Positions 8,195 to 16,911 of a stretch of DNA of 64,000 bases are shown here, in pieces; position 1 is the first letter of the stretch, and every line of letters begins with the position of its first letter. The notes under the pieces were generated by a model. That model ran no database searches. It saw nothing but the letters and a program-made list of their open reading frames with translations, and was not told the DNA's origin. A program made the translations under genes and the position numbers. The DNA lies in NCBI GenBank assembly GCA_964582295.1, contig CAZOQP010000001.1, positions 148,754 through 212,753 of the forward strand, given 5' to 3'. The DNA comes from an uncultured Candidatus Saccharibacteria bacterium (lineage in GTDB: Bacteria > Patescibacteriota > Minisyncoccia > Phycocordibacterales > Zambryskibacteraceae).

Positions 8195-9442
8195 TTAGCC
8201 ATTCTTGAGGATATTTTGCAATTCTTCACGCGCTACCTCTTCATCGCTCCAGGGGATCTTTTTGCCGTTCGCACCCATGATATAAGGATCGGTGCCCTTG
8301 CCTGTAATAAGAACAATCGTGTTCTTATTACAGGCAAGGGCATGTCGAAGGGCTTGCGCGATAGCTTCACGGCGATCCATTATTATTCGCGGCTCCTTTT
8401 TCATATCACTCGTCATGTCACGCAGGATTTTTTCCGGCTCTTCATCATATGGGTCTTCGTTGGTGAGAATTATCTCGTCGCAATATTCATCGGCGATCTT
8501 TCCCATGACCGGACGCTTCCATGTGTCGCGCCCTCCGCCTGTATTTCCGAGAACGCATATCAATTTCCTTTTAGAAATTGACTCCGACATATTCGGAGGA
8601 GTAAATGCTTTATAAAGCGCTTCAAGCGAACCGGGTGTATGAGCGTAGTCCACCACTACATCAAATTTCTGTTCATCCGATATTTTTACGAATTTCACTC
8701 GGCCAGGGATTGACGTAAGTGATGAAATACCTTTTGTGATAATTTCCCCGGAAATTCCCTGGCTTTTTGCGAATGCTTCAGCAAGCCCTGCATTTATTTT
8801 CATAAAATCTCCTGGTATCGGGGGATTTAGATGGGTATCGGCAAGGTGGAAGGCAATCTTATTTTCCGCCTCGTACTGAAGGAACTTTTCTCCGTGTTCG
8901 TTGTCACAATTTGAAATGATCGTTCGCGGCCTCTTGGATGAACGTGCTAAAAGCTTTGGCAACTCAAGCTTCGCTTCAAGGTATTTTTCAAATGAACCAT
9001 GGGATTCTATGTGCTCCGGCTCAAGCCCTGTGAATATAACGGCATTAAGCTCTAAAAAACGGTGACGTGATTGCTTGATACCTTCGGATGTCATCTCCAT
9101 TACCACCCAGTCGCATTTTGCTTCCACTGCATCTCCTAGGAACTTCTGGACGAAAAATCGGCCTGGCACGGACATTTTGAAAAGATTGGGTCGAGATTCG
9201 CTCCCTATTTTGAAACGGATGGTATTTAGGACTGCTGTTTTAAGACCTGCCGCTTCCAAAACAGCATTTACGAATTCGGTGGTTGAGCTTTTGCCTTTTG
9301 TGCCCGTTATGGCAAGCACTTTTATATTGCTAGAAGGAAAACCGAAGGCAATCGCAGAAAGAAAAGCCCAAAGGAAGTGATATAACGGTCGGAAAATATC
9401 CGCTATTTGCTTGGGAATGATTTTTTTCGCGAGTTGTAGCAT
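8195..9442 (-). CDS. murE: Mur ligase, MurE-like
   Basis: ITGTKGKSST, MEMTSEG, EHIESH, VDYAHTP, GGRD..KRP.MG, NEDPYDE, GKG. Confidence 0.85.
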   Translation of the reverse strand: MLQLAKKIIPKQIADIFRPLYHFLWAFLSAIAFGFPSSNIKVLAITGTKGKSSTTEFVNAVLEAAGLKTAVLNTIRFKIGSESRPNLFKMSVPGRFFVQKFLGDAVEAKCDWVVMEMTSEGIKQSRHRFLELNAVIFTGLEPEHIESHGSFEKYLEAKLELPKLLARSSKRPRTIISNCDNEHGEKFLQYEAENKIAFHLADTHLNPPIPGDFMKINAGLAEAFAKSQGISGEIITKGISSLTSIPGRVKFVKISDEQKFDVVVDYAHTPGSLEALYKAFTPPNMSESISKRKLICVLGNTGGGRDTWKRPVMGKIADEYCDEIILTNEDPYDEEPEKILRDMTSDMKKEPRIIMDRREAIAQALRHALACNKNTIVLITGKGTDPYIMGANGKKIPWSDEEVAREELQNILKNG

Positions 9443-9445
9443 TTC

Positions 9446-10015
9446 CTATTTCTTATTGAGATTCTTAAGAGCCGATTTTATTTTTTCGTTCGTTCCTGAA
9501 ATATTTTTGGGCAGATCGCGCACTGCTTCGCGGGCTTCTCTTTGTGAATACCCAAGAGAGACGAGAGCTTCCACTACATCCGTTTCCGCATCGGCGGAAG
9601 ATTCGTCGCGTGAAGAGGCGAGCATTTTACCCTTCAGTTCAAGCACTATTTTTTCCGAGATCTTTTTTCCCACACCAGCCACTTTGGTGAGGTAAGAGGC
9701 ATTTTGCTCGACCACCGCTTTTTCTATTTGGGTTGGTGAAGCAGTGTTCAGTACGGAAAGAGCGGTTTTAGGGCCAATGCCGGAAACTGTCAGAAGAAGC
9801 TCAAAGAGCCCGCGCTCGGAGGAATTGGTGAATCCATATAGATCCAGGGCGTTTTCCCTCACTGCCAGGTAGGTAAAAAGTCTGACCCCTTTTCCATCGT
9901 GTAGCGTTTCCAGAACAGAAAGGGGAATGGATACGCGATAGCCAACCCCGCCCACAAGAATAGTGGCCTGGCCGCCCCGTTTTTCTATCACCTTTCCTTC
10001 GAGAAAACCTATCAT
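9446..10015 (-). CDS. ruvA: Holliday junction branch migration protein RuvA
   Basis: MIGFLEG, GVGYRV, VRENALDLYGF, VSGIGPK, ALVSLGY. Confidence 0.96.
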   Translation of the reverse strand: MIGFLEGKVIEKRGGQATILVGGVGYRVSIPLSVLETLHDGKGVRLFTYLAVRENALDLYGFTNSSERGLFELLLTVSGIGPKTALSVLNTASPTQIEKAVVEQNASYLTKVAGVGKKISEKIVLELKGKMLASSRDESSADAETDVVEALVSLGYSQREAREAVRDLPKNISGTNEKIKSALKNLNKK

Positions 10016-10071
10016 GCGATTATGATAGCAGTCAGCTTGCTTTTTTGCCCGTTCAGGGTAAAGTGTCGCTT

Positions 10072-10338
10072 ATGCCAATAACTACATCAGCCAAAAAAGC
10101 CCTTCGCGTTTCGGCGCGTAAAAAGCTCGTGAACGACCGCCGAAGCGACGCTTTGAAGAATGCTGCCAAAAAATTGAAGAAGCTTGTGGCTGAAAAGAAA
10201 GCGAAAGAAGCAAAAGCTTTTTTCCCTACAGTCCAAAAAGCCATTGATAAGGCAGCTAAAAAGGGGATCATTAAGCCAAACGCCGCTTCCCGCACTAAAT
10301 CACGTCTTTCCGCTCTTGTTAAAAAAGCTGGAAGCTAA
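10072..10338 (+). CDS. rpsT: 30S ribosomal protein S20
   Basis: SAKKALRVS, IDKAAKKGIIKPNAASRTKSRL. Confidence 0.95.
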   Translation: MPITTSAKKALRVSARKKLVNDRRSDALKNAAKKLKKLVAEKKAKEAKAFFPTVQKAIDKAAKKGIIKPNAASRTKSRLSALVKKAGS

Positions 10339-10359
10339 AAGCGAAAAGCTGTAAGCTTG
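10325..10359 (+). repeat. Heptamer tandem repeat (AAGCTNN)x5
   Basis: aagctgg aagctaa aagcgaa aagctgt aagcttg. Confidence 0.7.
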
Positions 10360-10364
10360 AGCCA

Positions 10365-10436
10365 CTCCTCGTCGTTCAATGGATAGGACATAAGATTGCG
10401 GATCTTAAAATTGAGGTTCGATTCCTCACGGGGGGA
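10365..10436 (+). tRNA. tRNA-Arg(GCG)
   Basis: taaga-ttGCGga-tctta anticodon arm; T-loop TTCGATT. Confidence 0.9.
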
Positions 10437-10446
10437 CAAGTAATTT

Positions 10447-10908
10447 CTAAAATCCTACGTGCTCCATCAGCTTTTCAAAAAAGGATTCCTCTATTTCCTC
10501 TTCAGGTAAAACCTCGGCCAAAGATTTCCTTATCGCATCTGGGTGGGCACTTTCTATGTGAATTACGAGAAGCGGCATGAAAAGTTTTTTGGTGCGTATG
10601 AAAAGCCGTCCTTCGTGCTCATTTACGAAAAATGAGCGAAGAGTTTCAAATGGATAAATAAGTGTATCCACCATAATGCCTTTTTCCAAAATACGAACGG
10701 TTATTTCCTTTGGGATCCGGGCGGCGTATAAAAGAAGGGAAGCACCGCCGACCACTATAAGCACTGCGAACATGTAATTGCCGAGTATTACGGCCGCCAC
10801 AGCTATTGCAAAAGAGACAATGGCAACGGATATAAACCAATCAGTACCCCTTTCTCGGAAGGGATATTCAAGCGTCTGCCACTCCAAAAAAGAGCCTTTC
10901 TTCATCAC
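10447..10908 (-). CDS. Conserved membrane protein (two TM plus PH-like domain)
   Basis: W.TLEY....R..DWF, two TM helices, Y.F..L.SF. Confidence 0.75.
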   Translation of the reverse strand: MMKKGSFLEWQTLEYPFRERGTDWFISVAIVSFAIAVAAVILGNYMFAVLIVVGGASLLLYAARIPKEITVRILEKGIMVDTLIYPFETLRSFFVNEHEGRLFIRTKKLFMPLLVIHIESAHPDAIRKSLAEVLPEEEIEESFFEKLMEHVGF

Positions 10909-10948
10909 TTTTAGTGTAACACGCCCGAGTTTTTGCTAATATGCGGTT

Positions 10949-11182
10949 ATGATCACTACCGGCTCATTTGAAGCATTTATCGCCGCGCACCCGCTGGTGT
11001 TCGTAGCTATTCTGGTGTGGTCCCTTGCATGGAAGGCGCTTGCCTTATGGAAAGCGGCACGCATAGGCCACAAAACCTGGTTTACCGCTCTTCTTATTGT
11101 GAACCTTTTAGGTGTTCCTGAAATTATCTATCTTTTATTCGTGGCGCGTAAATTCAAAGTAGAAAGCAGCGAGGCATCATAA
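10949..11182 (+). CDS. Small membrane protein (DUF5652-like)
   Basis: WSLAWKALALWKAAR..HK.WF..LL.VN.LG.PEIIY. Confidence 0.8.
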   Translation: MITTGSFEAFIAAHPLVFVAILVWSLAWKALALWKAARIGHKTWFTALLIVNLLGVPEIIYLLFVARKFKVESSEAS

Positions 11183-11225
11183 GTTATTTTGAGAAAAGTG
11201 TAAGAAGTGTTAGTTTGATTGTCAC

Positions 11226-11312
<87 letters not shown>

Positions 11313-11319
11313 CAAAAAT

Positions 11320-11357
11320 TAACAGCCTAATCTAAATAAAAAAGATTAGGCTGTTAT
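11320..11357. terminator. Bidirectional terminator
   Basis: aacagcctaatct...agattaggctgtt between convergent units. Confidence 0.7.
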
Positions 11358-11360
11358 TGA

Positions 11361-11921
11361 TTACATTGTCGCAAGGGCAGGCAGATGGCACACTTCTCGC
11401 AACCGATCTACCACGCGCGTGACGTCACCATTGTGATGAACCTCTCTGCAGAGACCCTTCACATAGATGATATCAGGGCGTCCTGGGACGTAAGGCATTG
11501 TGTCCAAGTAGGACACAACCCTGATCAAAACGGGAATGTTCTGTTGACTGAAGAAATTTTCCCATTGAATCAAGGTGTCGAGATCTTTGCTTACCACCAG
11601 AGCGCCTGTGGCTTCGCTCACCAAACGCACCAGAAGCCCATCAATGATTCCTGGTAAATCTCCGAGGACGACTTGATGAGGATCGTCGGCAAACTCTTTC
11701 AACCGAACATCGATGAGAGGATCTTTCCAGTTTCCGGCCGGGCGCTTTTTTCTTTCCGACCACGGCTTGACTCCCAGAATGCAGGGCAGTGTGTCGGAGA
11801 AAGTATCGATCTCATAAATACCGATCCTTTCTCCTGATGTCTCGAGCTGCCTGAATATTGAGGCAGCGAGGGTGGACTTACCACAGTTGGTAGTACCACC
11901 CACGACGATGCGGTGTGACAT
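11361..11921 (-). CDS. P-loop NTPase of unknown function
   Basis: GTTNCGKST Walker A; VVLGDLPG; SD GGAGA. Confidence 0.7.
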   Translation of the reverse strand: MSHRIVVGGTTNCGKSTLAASIFRQLETSGERIGIYEIDTFSDTLPCILGVKPWSERKKRPAGNWKDPLIDVRLKEFADDPHQVVLGDLPGIIDGLLVRLVSEATGALVVSKDLDTLIQWENFFSQQNIPVLIRVVSYLDTMPYVPGRPDIIYVKGLCREVHHNGDVTRVVDRLREVCHLPALATM

Positions 11922-12018
11922 TGTGTGTCTCCATGTAAAATTGCAGTCCTATGCATATTAAATCTCATATTATTTCGAAAGACCAGTGGATTAGTCTCTG
12001 TATGGTATAGTCTGGCCA

Positions 12019-12606
12019 ATGTCAATTAAAAAACACTTAAAAATCGGGCTGGATTTCGATGGTGTCATATCGGACTGCGGAAAATTAAAGTCCGATGCAG
12101 CAAGAAAACTTTATGGGTTAGATATTCCAGCGGATAAGTTCAAAAAAGAAATTGTAATCGGAGAGGGCCATTTGACCGCTGATGAATATCGCAGTCTCCA
12201 GAAAATAATATATGGTACACGGGAAGTCGGGTTTCTTATGGAACCTGTGGCGGGGGCGCTTCACTTCGTCTCTCAACTACTTGATTTGGGTCATGCTATT
12301 ACTATTGTTACCTCGCGGGAAGAAACTGAGCTTGAAATTGCAAAAGAATGGAGTGTTGCACAAGGTCTTTCCCTTAATTTTATCGGAGTAGGGTATGGGG
12401 TGAGTAAAGCTAATGCATGTACTGGTCTTGATATTTATATTGATGATGATCTAGATAAACTAGAACCGCTCATTGATATAGTGCCCCATCGGTTTCTATT
12501 TTCGTGGGGTTATAACAGTCACATAGATACAGGGACCGTTGCTAGACGTATAGGATCATGGGAAGAATTTTTTCGCACCGTTACATCGATAAAGAATATT
12601 CCCTAA
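12019..12606 (+). CDS. HAD-superfamily 5'(3')-nucleotidase-like protein
   Basis: GLDFDGVI motif I, IVTSR motif II, K, YIDDD motif IV. Confidence 0.8.
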   Translation: MSIKKHLKIGLDFDGVISDCGKLKSDAARKLYGLDIPADKFKKEIVIGEGHLTADEYRSLQKIIYGTREVGFLMEPVAGALHFVSQLLDLGHAITIVTSREETELEIAKEWSVAQGLSLNFIGVGYGVSKANACTGLDIYIDDDLDKLEPLIDIVPHRFLFSWGYNSHIDTGTVARRIGSWEEFFRTVTSIKNIP

Positions 12607-12655
12607 GATAGGGTTTTTAAAAGTGGAAACATTATTACGGTGTATAATTATTTGT

Positions 12656-12850
12656 ATGCATGAAGGTTTTAGACAGCCGCAAGAGTCTCCTGATGAATCA
12701 AATATTGAAGATGCCGCTGAACGTGCTGCCCAATTTGTATACGATGAAAGAGAGGAGGATTACATTCCTCTTAATGAAGTTTTGAAAAAGGTCAAAGGTG
12801 AAGAAGATCCGCCGGCCGGAGGAGAAAAGGGTTTGGAGAAAGCTGCATAA
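12656..12850 (+). CDS. Small acidic hypothetical protein
   Basis: 64 aa; TATAAT 7 nt upstream of ATG. Confidence 0.5.
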   Translation: MHEGFRQPQESPDESNIEDAAERAAQFVYDEREEDYIPLNEVLKKVKGEEDPPAGGEKGLEKAA

Positions 12851-12854
12851 GAAT

Positions 12855-13298
12855 ATGAGGCTCCTTGGTATTGATTTCGGATTAAGGCGTATTGGCATCG
12901 CCATTTCGGATGAAGAAGGGCGCATAGCTTTTCCGCGTTCTGTAATCGCAAATACTACCAATGCCGGCCAGCAGATAGCTGACGTGGTTCGTGAGGAAGG
13001 GGTTGGAAAGGTAGTGTGCGGGCTTTCGACCGATTCAAGCGGGGAAGACAATCCTGTCATGGAAAAAGCCAGGATTTTTACAGAGGAATTGGCGAGAATG
13101 ATATCCGTGCCAATAGTTTTCCAAGGCGAATCTTTTTCCACCTCTCATGCCGCTCAAGAAAAGATGTCGGCTCTTTCTGAAGATGGCAGAGTTTTGTCGC
13201 CTGAAAAGAAAGCTCTCGCAGAAGAAGACATTGACGCTTCGGCTGCAGCGCTTATTCTTCAGAGATATATAGAGCAAAACAGCCATGGCAACAATTGA
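12855..13298 (+). CDS. ruvX: RuvX/YqgF family nuclease
   Basis: LGIDFGLRRIGIAISD, ESFST, IDASAAALILQ. Confidence 0.9.
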   Translation: MRLLGIDFGLRRIGIAISDEEGRIAFPRSVIANTTNAGQQIADVVREEGVGKVVCGLSTDSSGEDNPVMEKARIFTEELARMISVPIVFQGESFSTSHAAQEKMSALSEDGRVLSPEKKALAEEDIDASAAALILQRYIEQNSHGNN

Positions 13299-13611
13299 GG
13301 ACTTTTCAAAAATAGAGATGAAGATAGGAAAGATCCTCTCTGTTGAGGATATTGAAGGCAGCGAAAAACTTCTGAAACTTTCTGTTTCATTCGGCGAAGA
13401 AAATTCCCGGCAAGTTCTTTCAGGAATTAAAAAATACTTTCCTGATTCGCAAACTTTGGTAGGGAAAAAATGCGTTTTTGTCACAAATTTAGAGCCGCGG
13501 CAGATGATGGGGCTTGAAAGCCAAGCTATGTTACTTGCCGCAAGTACCGACGAGACAATCGCACTTTTTGAAGTAACAGAAAATATCCCTGAAGGAACCA
13601 AGATTCGTTAA
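13285..13611 (+). CDS. tRNA-binding OB-fold protein (standalone MetRS C-terminal/Trbp111/CsaA-like)
   Basis: IEDFSKIEMKIGKI, RQVLSGI, NLEPRQMMGLESQAMLLAA. Confidence 0.88.
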   Translation: MATIEDFSKIEMKIGKILSVEDIEGSEKLLKLSVSFGEENSRQVLSGIKKYFPDSQTLVGKKCVFVTNLEPRQMMGLESQAMLLAASTDETIALFEVTENIPEGTKIR

Positions 13612-13616
13612 TTTTT

Positions 13617-13691
13617 TGGTGCTCCCACCAGGAATCGAACCTAGAACTGCTCCTTAGAAGGGAGCCGTTATATCCATTTAACTATGGGAGC
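13617..13691 (-). tRNA. tRNA-Arg(TCT), CCA encoded
   Basis: gctcc-ctTCTaa-ggagc; TTCGATT. Confidence 0.95.
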
Positions 13692-13702
13692 ATTTTCAAA
13701 TA

Positions 13703-14017
13703 TTACCCCAGATTTGCAGTTTTACCCCAACCCTTCAGAGTTTTATAGGTTTTTCTTCTATGACAATTCGCACACCTTACATCGCACTTCGCTATCTCTC
13801 TTTTTACAGATTCCCATGAATAATGCCCAGACAGTAACCTAGAGACTGATTTGAATTTTATTTTTGGATTTTTGTGATCGAAGTCTAAAACAACAGGATC
13901 TTTTTCTCCACAATCAATACAAGATTTTTTTATCAAAAAACCTAACACGGCGGTGCGTACTTTTACGCGGTGCCTCTTTTGTGCTTCGTATAATTTTTCT
14001 CTTTCTTTATAGGGCAT
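13703..14017 (-). CDS. HNH endonuclease
   Basis: CIDCG...LDFDH...EIAKC.VRCANCHR. Confidence 0.85.
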   Translation of the reverse strand: MPYKEREKLYEAQKRHRVKVRTAVLGFLIKKSCIDCGEKDPVVLDFDHKNPKIKFKSVSRLLSGHYSWESVKREIAKCDVRCANCHRRKTYKTLKGWGKTANLG

Positions 14018-14070
14018 GTAGGGATTATATCACGCAGTTCTAACCCCATCTTTTCATATACAATTAATTG

Positions 14071-14152
14071 TGGGCATGGAGAGATTTGAACTCTCAACCC
14101 TTGCGGGATACGCTTCTGAGGCGTACGCGTATACCAATTCCGCCACATGCCC
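14071..14152 (-). tRNA. tRNA-Leu(CAG)
   Basis: tacgc-ctCAGaa-gcgta; variable arm. Confidence 0.95.
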
Positions 14153-14392
14153 GGCACCCTACAAGAATACAACAATCTTACCTCGTTCAATTGTGCTGGG
14201 TATTATACTCCACTTGAACTTTTTGACACTATCACAAACAACTATGAAGTGATAGCTAGATGGAACGCTGAAATTAAGGATTTCTTAGCTAAAGAGCGTG
14301 TAAAACCAGCTTTTGAGGTTATTTTATAAGTGGTATAGTTAAGTTAAGAGATTATAGGGAGATTATAGGTTTATTAGCTTTAAGATAAGCAA

Positions 14393-14563
14393 ATGAACCA
14401 AAAAGATAACCTGACAGATGTAGTAGAGGTGCTTCCTGCTTCTAGCTCCTCCGACACACCTATTGCTCCACAGGCATCAAAGCCGAACGACCAAGTTGTT
14501 GTAGATTCAGGAGGAAATCCAGTAACTTTGGGCAATAAACTAGGCGACAATAGGCGATTCTAG
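14393..14563 (+). CDS. Possible small hypothetical protein (56 aa)
   Basis: ATG..TAG ORF read by hand; preceded by tandem gagattatagg x2 (14348-14369). Confidence 0.3.
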   Translation: MNQKDNLTDVVEVLPASSSSDTPIAPQASKPNDQVVVDSGGNPVTLGNKLGDNRRF

Positions 14564-14620
14564 TAATAAGGGTAATTTAGTTGAACTTATTACTGGGTTA
14601 AGTGTCTAAACACTTGAACT

Positions 14621-14986
14621 ATGTCTGCATCTACAGGAAACACTTATGCCAAAGGAAATAAGGGTGGTGGAAGGAAGTCCGCCTACACAGAGAAGGCAGA
14701 TGCTCAATTCTGCTTGGATTTGTGGAATGGAAGAATCCGAAAACAGAAACTCCAAAAGAAGATAGCTTTAGGAAAACAGGGAGCTAAAGACCTATTTGCT
14801 TTAAAGATTTTGGACGGAAACGAGAGATTACTAAGTAAGCTCTTTGATAAGTTATACCCGACCATCTACTCTGATGATGAAAAAGAAGGTCTAGAGATTA
14901 AAGGAGCAAGAGAGTTAGCAGATATGTTGCAAAAAATTCTAGAGGAAGGAGATGGGATAGTAGAAGAAGTTAGTAAATTGCCTTAA
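14621..14986 (+). CDS. Phage-type protein, possibly terminase small subunit-like
   Basis: N-terminal GNTYAKGNKGGGRKS resembles TerS-associated motifs. Confidence 0.45.
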   Translation: MSASTGNTYAKGNKGGGRKSAYTEKADAQFCLDLWNGRIRKQKLQKKIALGKQGAKDLFALKILDGNERLLSKLFDKLYPTIYSDDEKEGLEIKGARELADMLQKILEEGDGIVEEVSKLP

Positions 14987-15897
14987 GAGGAACTAAAATT
15001 GGCTTCCGGAAACGCCTTGTGTCTTACAGCAAATCTAACAGGAAAACCCTTGTCTCTTTTGTCTATGGGAATTTCAAGAATCATTAGGTCGTCAGGTAGT
15101 TTAAGCCCAGCTAGAATAACTATTGTTTCTTCACAAAAACCAGTCATATTATGCCAGCAAACATTAAGAATTTCCTCAATCGTAAGCCCGTGAATTTTGG
15201 GGTAATTAACCCCGACCTTATTCCCAGCTATCGGAGAATAAACAATCTTAGGAAGTTTCCAGCCGTGATGAATTATTTGAACCCTTAACTCTCTAAACAC
15301 CCTATACCAATTTTTCTGATGACCCTCAATATATTTAAAGAATTGAGCTTTACGGGGGTCGCTATCAGGAATTGGAAATTCTGCCACAGCTTGTTTCCGC
15401 TTCTTTTCTTTATCGGAGAACAATCCAGATATAGGGTAGCCCATATAAGCGCAGTGCCTAAACAGGGCATCAGAAGCCATCACGCCTCTTATAAAGAAAT
15501 CTTTAAAGAAAAGATTTAGGTCGTCTGTGATGGGAGCATCAACAGTTATTTGACGGTTTGTAATGTAAGCACCCTTGCCATTTGCTACATCTTGGTTATG
15601 TTGCGATATTGCTTCTAAACAACGCTCTCTTGCGATTTTTGCCTCGTATAAATTTTCAAAGATGGTTGAATAGAAGTGGTCATAGGTTAATCTCTCCTCC
15701 CTTGGGGAGATACAATCCCTGATTTGACACATCTGAAAAATGAAACGACCAAAGAAATCATCCCCCTCCTTAATGTCATAGGATTTTGTTAGAACACCTC
15801 TTATGTTCCTATTTGCCTCATCTTTGGATAGACAACACTTTTTATATTTTCTATTACTACCGCAAGGGCATTTATGGTTTCTACCAACAGCATTCAT
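14983..15897 (-). CDS. SEC-C motif protein with possible HEPN domain
   Basis: VGRNHKCPCGSNRKYKKCC; RVQIIH fits RxxxxH. Confidence 0.7.
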   Translation of the reverse strand: MNAVGRNHKCPCGSNRKYKKCCLSKDEANRNIRGVLTKSYDIKEGDDFFGRFIFQMCQIRDCISPREERLTYDHFYSTIFENLYEAKIARERCLEAISQHNQDVANGKGAYITNRQITVDAPITDDLNLFFKDFFIRGVMASDALFRHCAYMGYPISGLFSDKEKKRKQAVAEFPIPDSDPRKAQFFKYIEGHQKNWYRVFRELRVQIIHHGWKLPKIVYSPIAGNKVGVNYPKIHGLTIEEILNVCWHNMTGFCEETIVILAGLKLPDDLMILEIPIDKRDKGFPVRFAVRHKAFPEANFSSS

Positions 15898-15938
15898 TGT
15901 GCTGATAGTGTATGGTAGAACCCGACTATTTGGCAATT

Positions 15939-16148
15939 TTACCTAAGCAACTCCCAAGCTTCTACCCCCAAAGCCCCTGCTATATCCTCTAGTTTTGAGA
16001 CAGTTATGTTTCTTTCTGCCCTTTCTAACATACCTATAAAATTACGGCTTAACTTAGCTCTTTCAGCTAGAGTTTCTTGGGACAGATTACGCCTTAGGCG
16101 TTCCTCCTTCAATCTATGACTAAACTTTTTAACTATTTTATGAGACAT
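15939..16148 (-). CDS. XRE/Cro-family HTH regulator
   Basis: R.RRNLSQETLAERAKLSRNFIGMLERAERNIT...L..IA.ALGV. Confidence 0.9.
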   Translation of the reverse strand: MSHKIVKKFSHRLKEERLRRNLSQETLAERAKLSRNFIGMLERAERNITVSKLEDIAGALGVEAWELLR

Positions 16149-16171
16149 ACCTACACTAATAGCGTAGGCGT

Positions 16172-16200
16172 TTGACAACTATAGTTCTACCCACTATAGT
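16172..16200 (+). promoter_or_regulatory. Sigma70 promoter overlapped by two ACTATAGT palindromes (putative XRE operator)
   Basis: TTGACA (16172-77), 17 nt, TATAGT (16195-200); ACTATAGT at 16178 and 16193. Confidence 0.7.
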
Positions 16201-16239
16201 TGGTATGTTAAACACATCCTTTTTAACTAGTAAATCCCT

Positions 16240-16857
16240 ATGGCAGACCTATTTCTTGTTTTATTTTTTCTCTCCCTTTTGGGATTAGTTGTTGGAATGA
16301 TTAATCCCTCTGTTTTTACCCGCATTACCAAGAAAGAACTTACAAGGAAAAGAATTGGACTAACTTCTTTCGGGGCAATGTTCGTTTTCCTCGTTCTCGT
16401 AGGCATAACTCATAACACTAATACCCAAGCCCCAACGCCAGCACAAAGTGCATCTACTCCGGTAGCAACACAAGTGTTTGATATTCCTAACTTAATTGGA
16501 AAAAATCTGGAAGAAATTAGGGCTATTTTTGGCACACCAAGCTATGATGGCGAACCAACCGCAACTCGTGTTCAATTTAGCGACGATAGAACTTGGGACA
16601 AAACTTGGAGCAAAGAAGGATACTCATTAACAGCCACATACAACATAGACAATGGGAAAGTAACTGAGCTTTTTCTTGGGTCAGATAGTGATGCTTCTTT
16701 GGTTGTCTTTAGAAATAAGGAAAATATTCTGAAAGTAGGCAATCTTTCTGAAAATGACAACAAATACTCTCTGGAATTCGTAAAACTTAAAGCCATTTTA
16801 GGCAATCCAAACAAACCTCCTGAAGGTTATACAGGGGTTATTGTAAGAGCAAGATAG
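16240..16857 (+). CDS. Membrane-anchored hypothetical protein
   Basis: Two N-terminal TM segments, Thr/Pro linker, soluble domain. Confidence 0.75.
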   Translation: MADLFLVLFFLSLLGLVVGMINPSVFTRITKKELTRKRIGLTSFGAMFVFLVLVGITHNTNTQAPTPAQSASTPVATQVFDIPNLIGKNLEEIRAIFGTPSYDGEPTATRVQFSDDRTWDKTWSKEGYSLTATYNIDNGKVTELFLGSDSDASLVVFRNKENILKVGNLSENDNKYSLEFVKLKAILGNPNKPPEGYTGVIVRAR

Positions 16858-16911
16858 GGCTTCTAAATAAGCAGGGCTGATTTAGTGTAGAATCCAAGTT
16901 AAACTGGACTT

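Noticed and set aside
12808-12823. tccgccggccggagga as a decayed copy of the msrA palindrome (PPAGG)
   Set aside because: Three mismatches in 16 nt; chance cannot be excluded
13692-14070. Target-site duplication around the HNH gene
   Set aside because: Only 7-nt matches to the flanking tRNAs; not significant
14212-14219. acttgaac shared with 18550-18557 as the att core
   Set aside because: Crossover there would leave the empty-site tRNA without its acceptor-stem 3' strand; GTGC fits better
14147-14329. Standalone 60-aa CDS
   Set aside because: Its ATG lies antisense inside tRNA-Leu(CAG); better explained as the alternative recombinase tail
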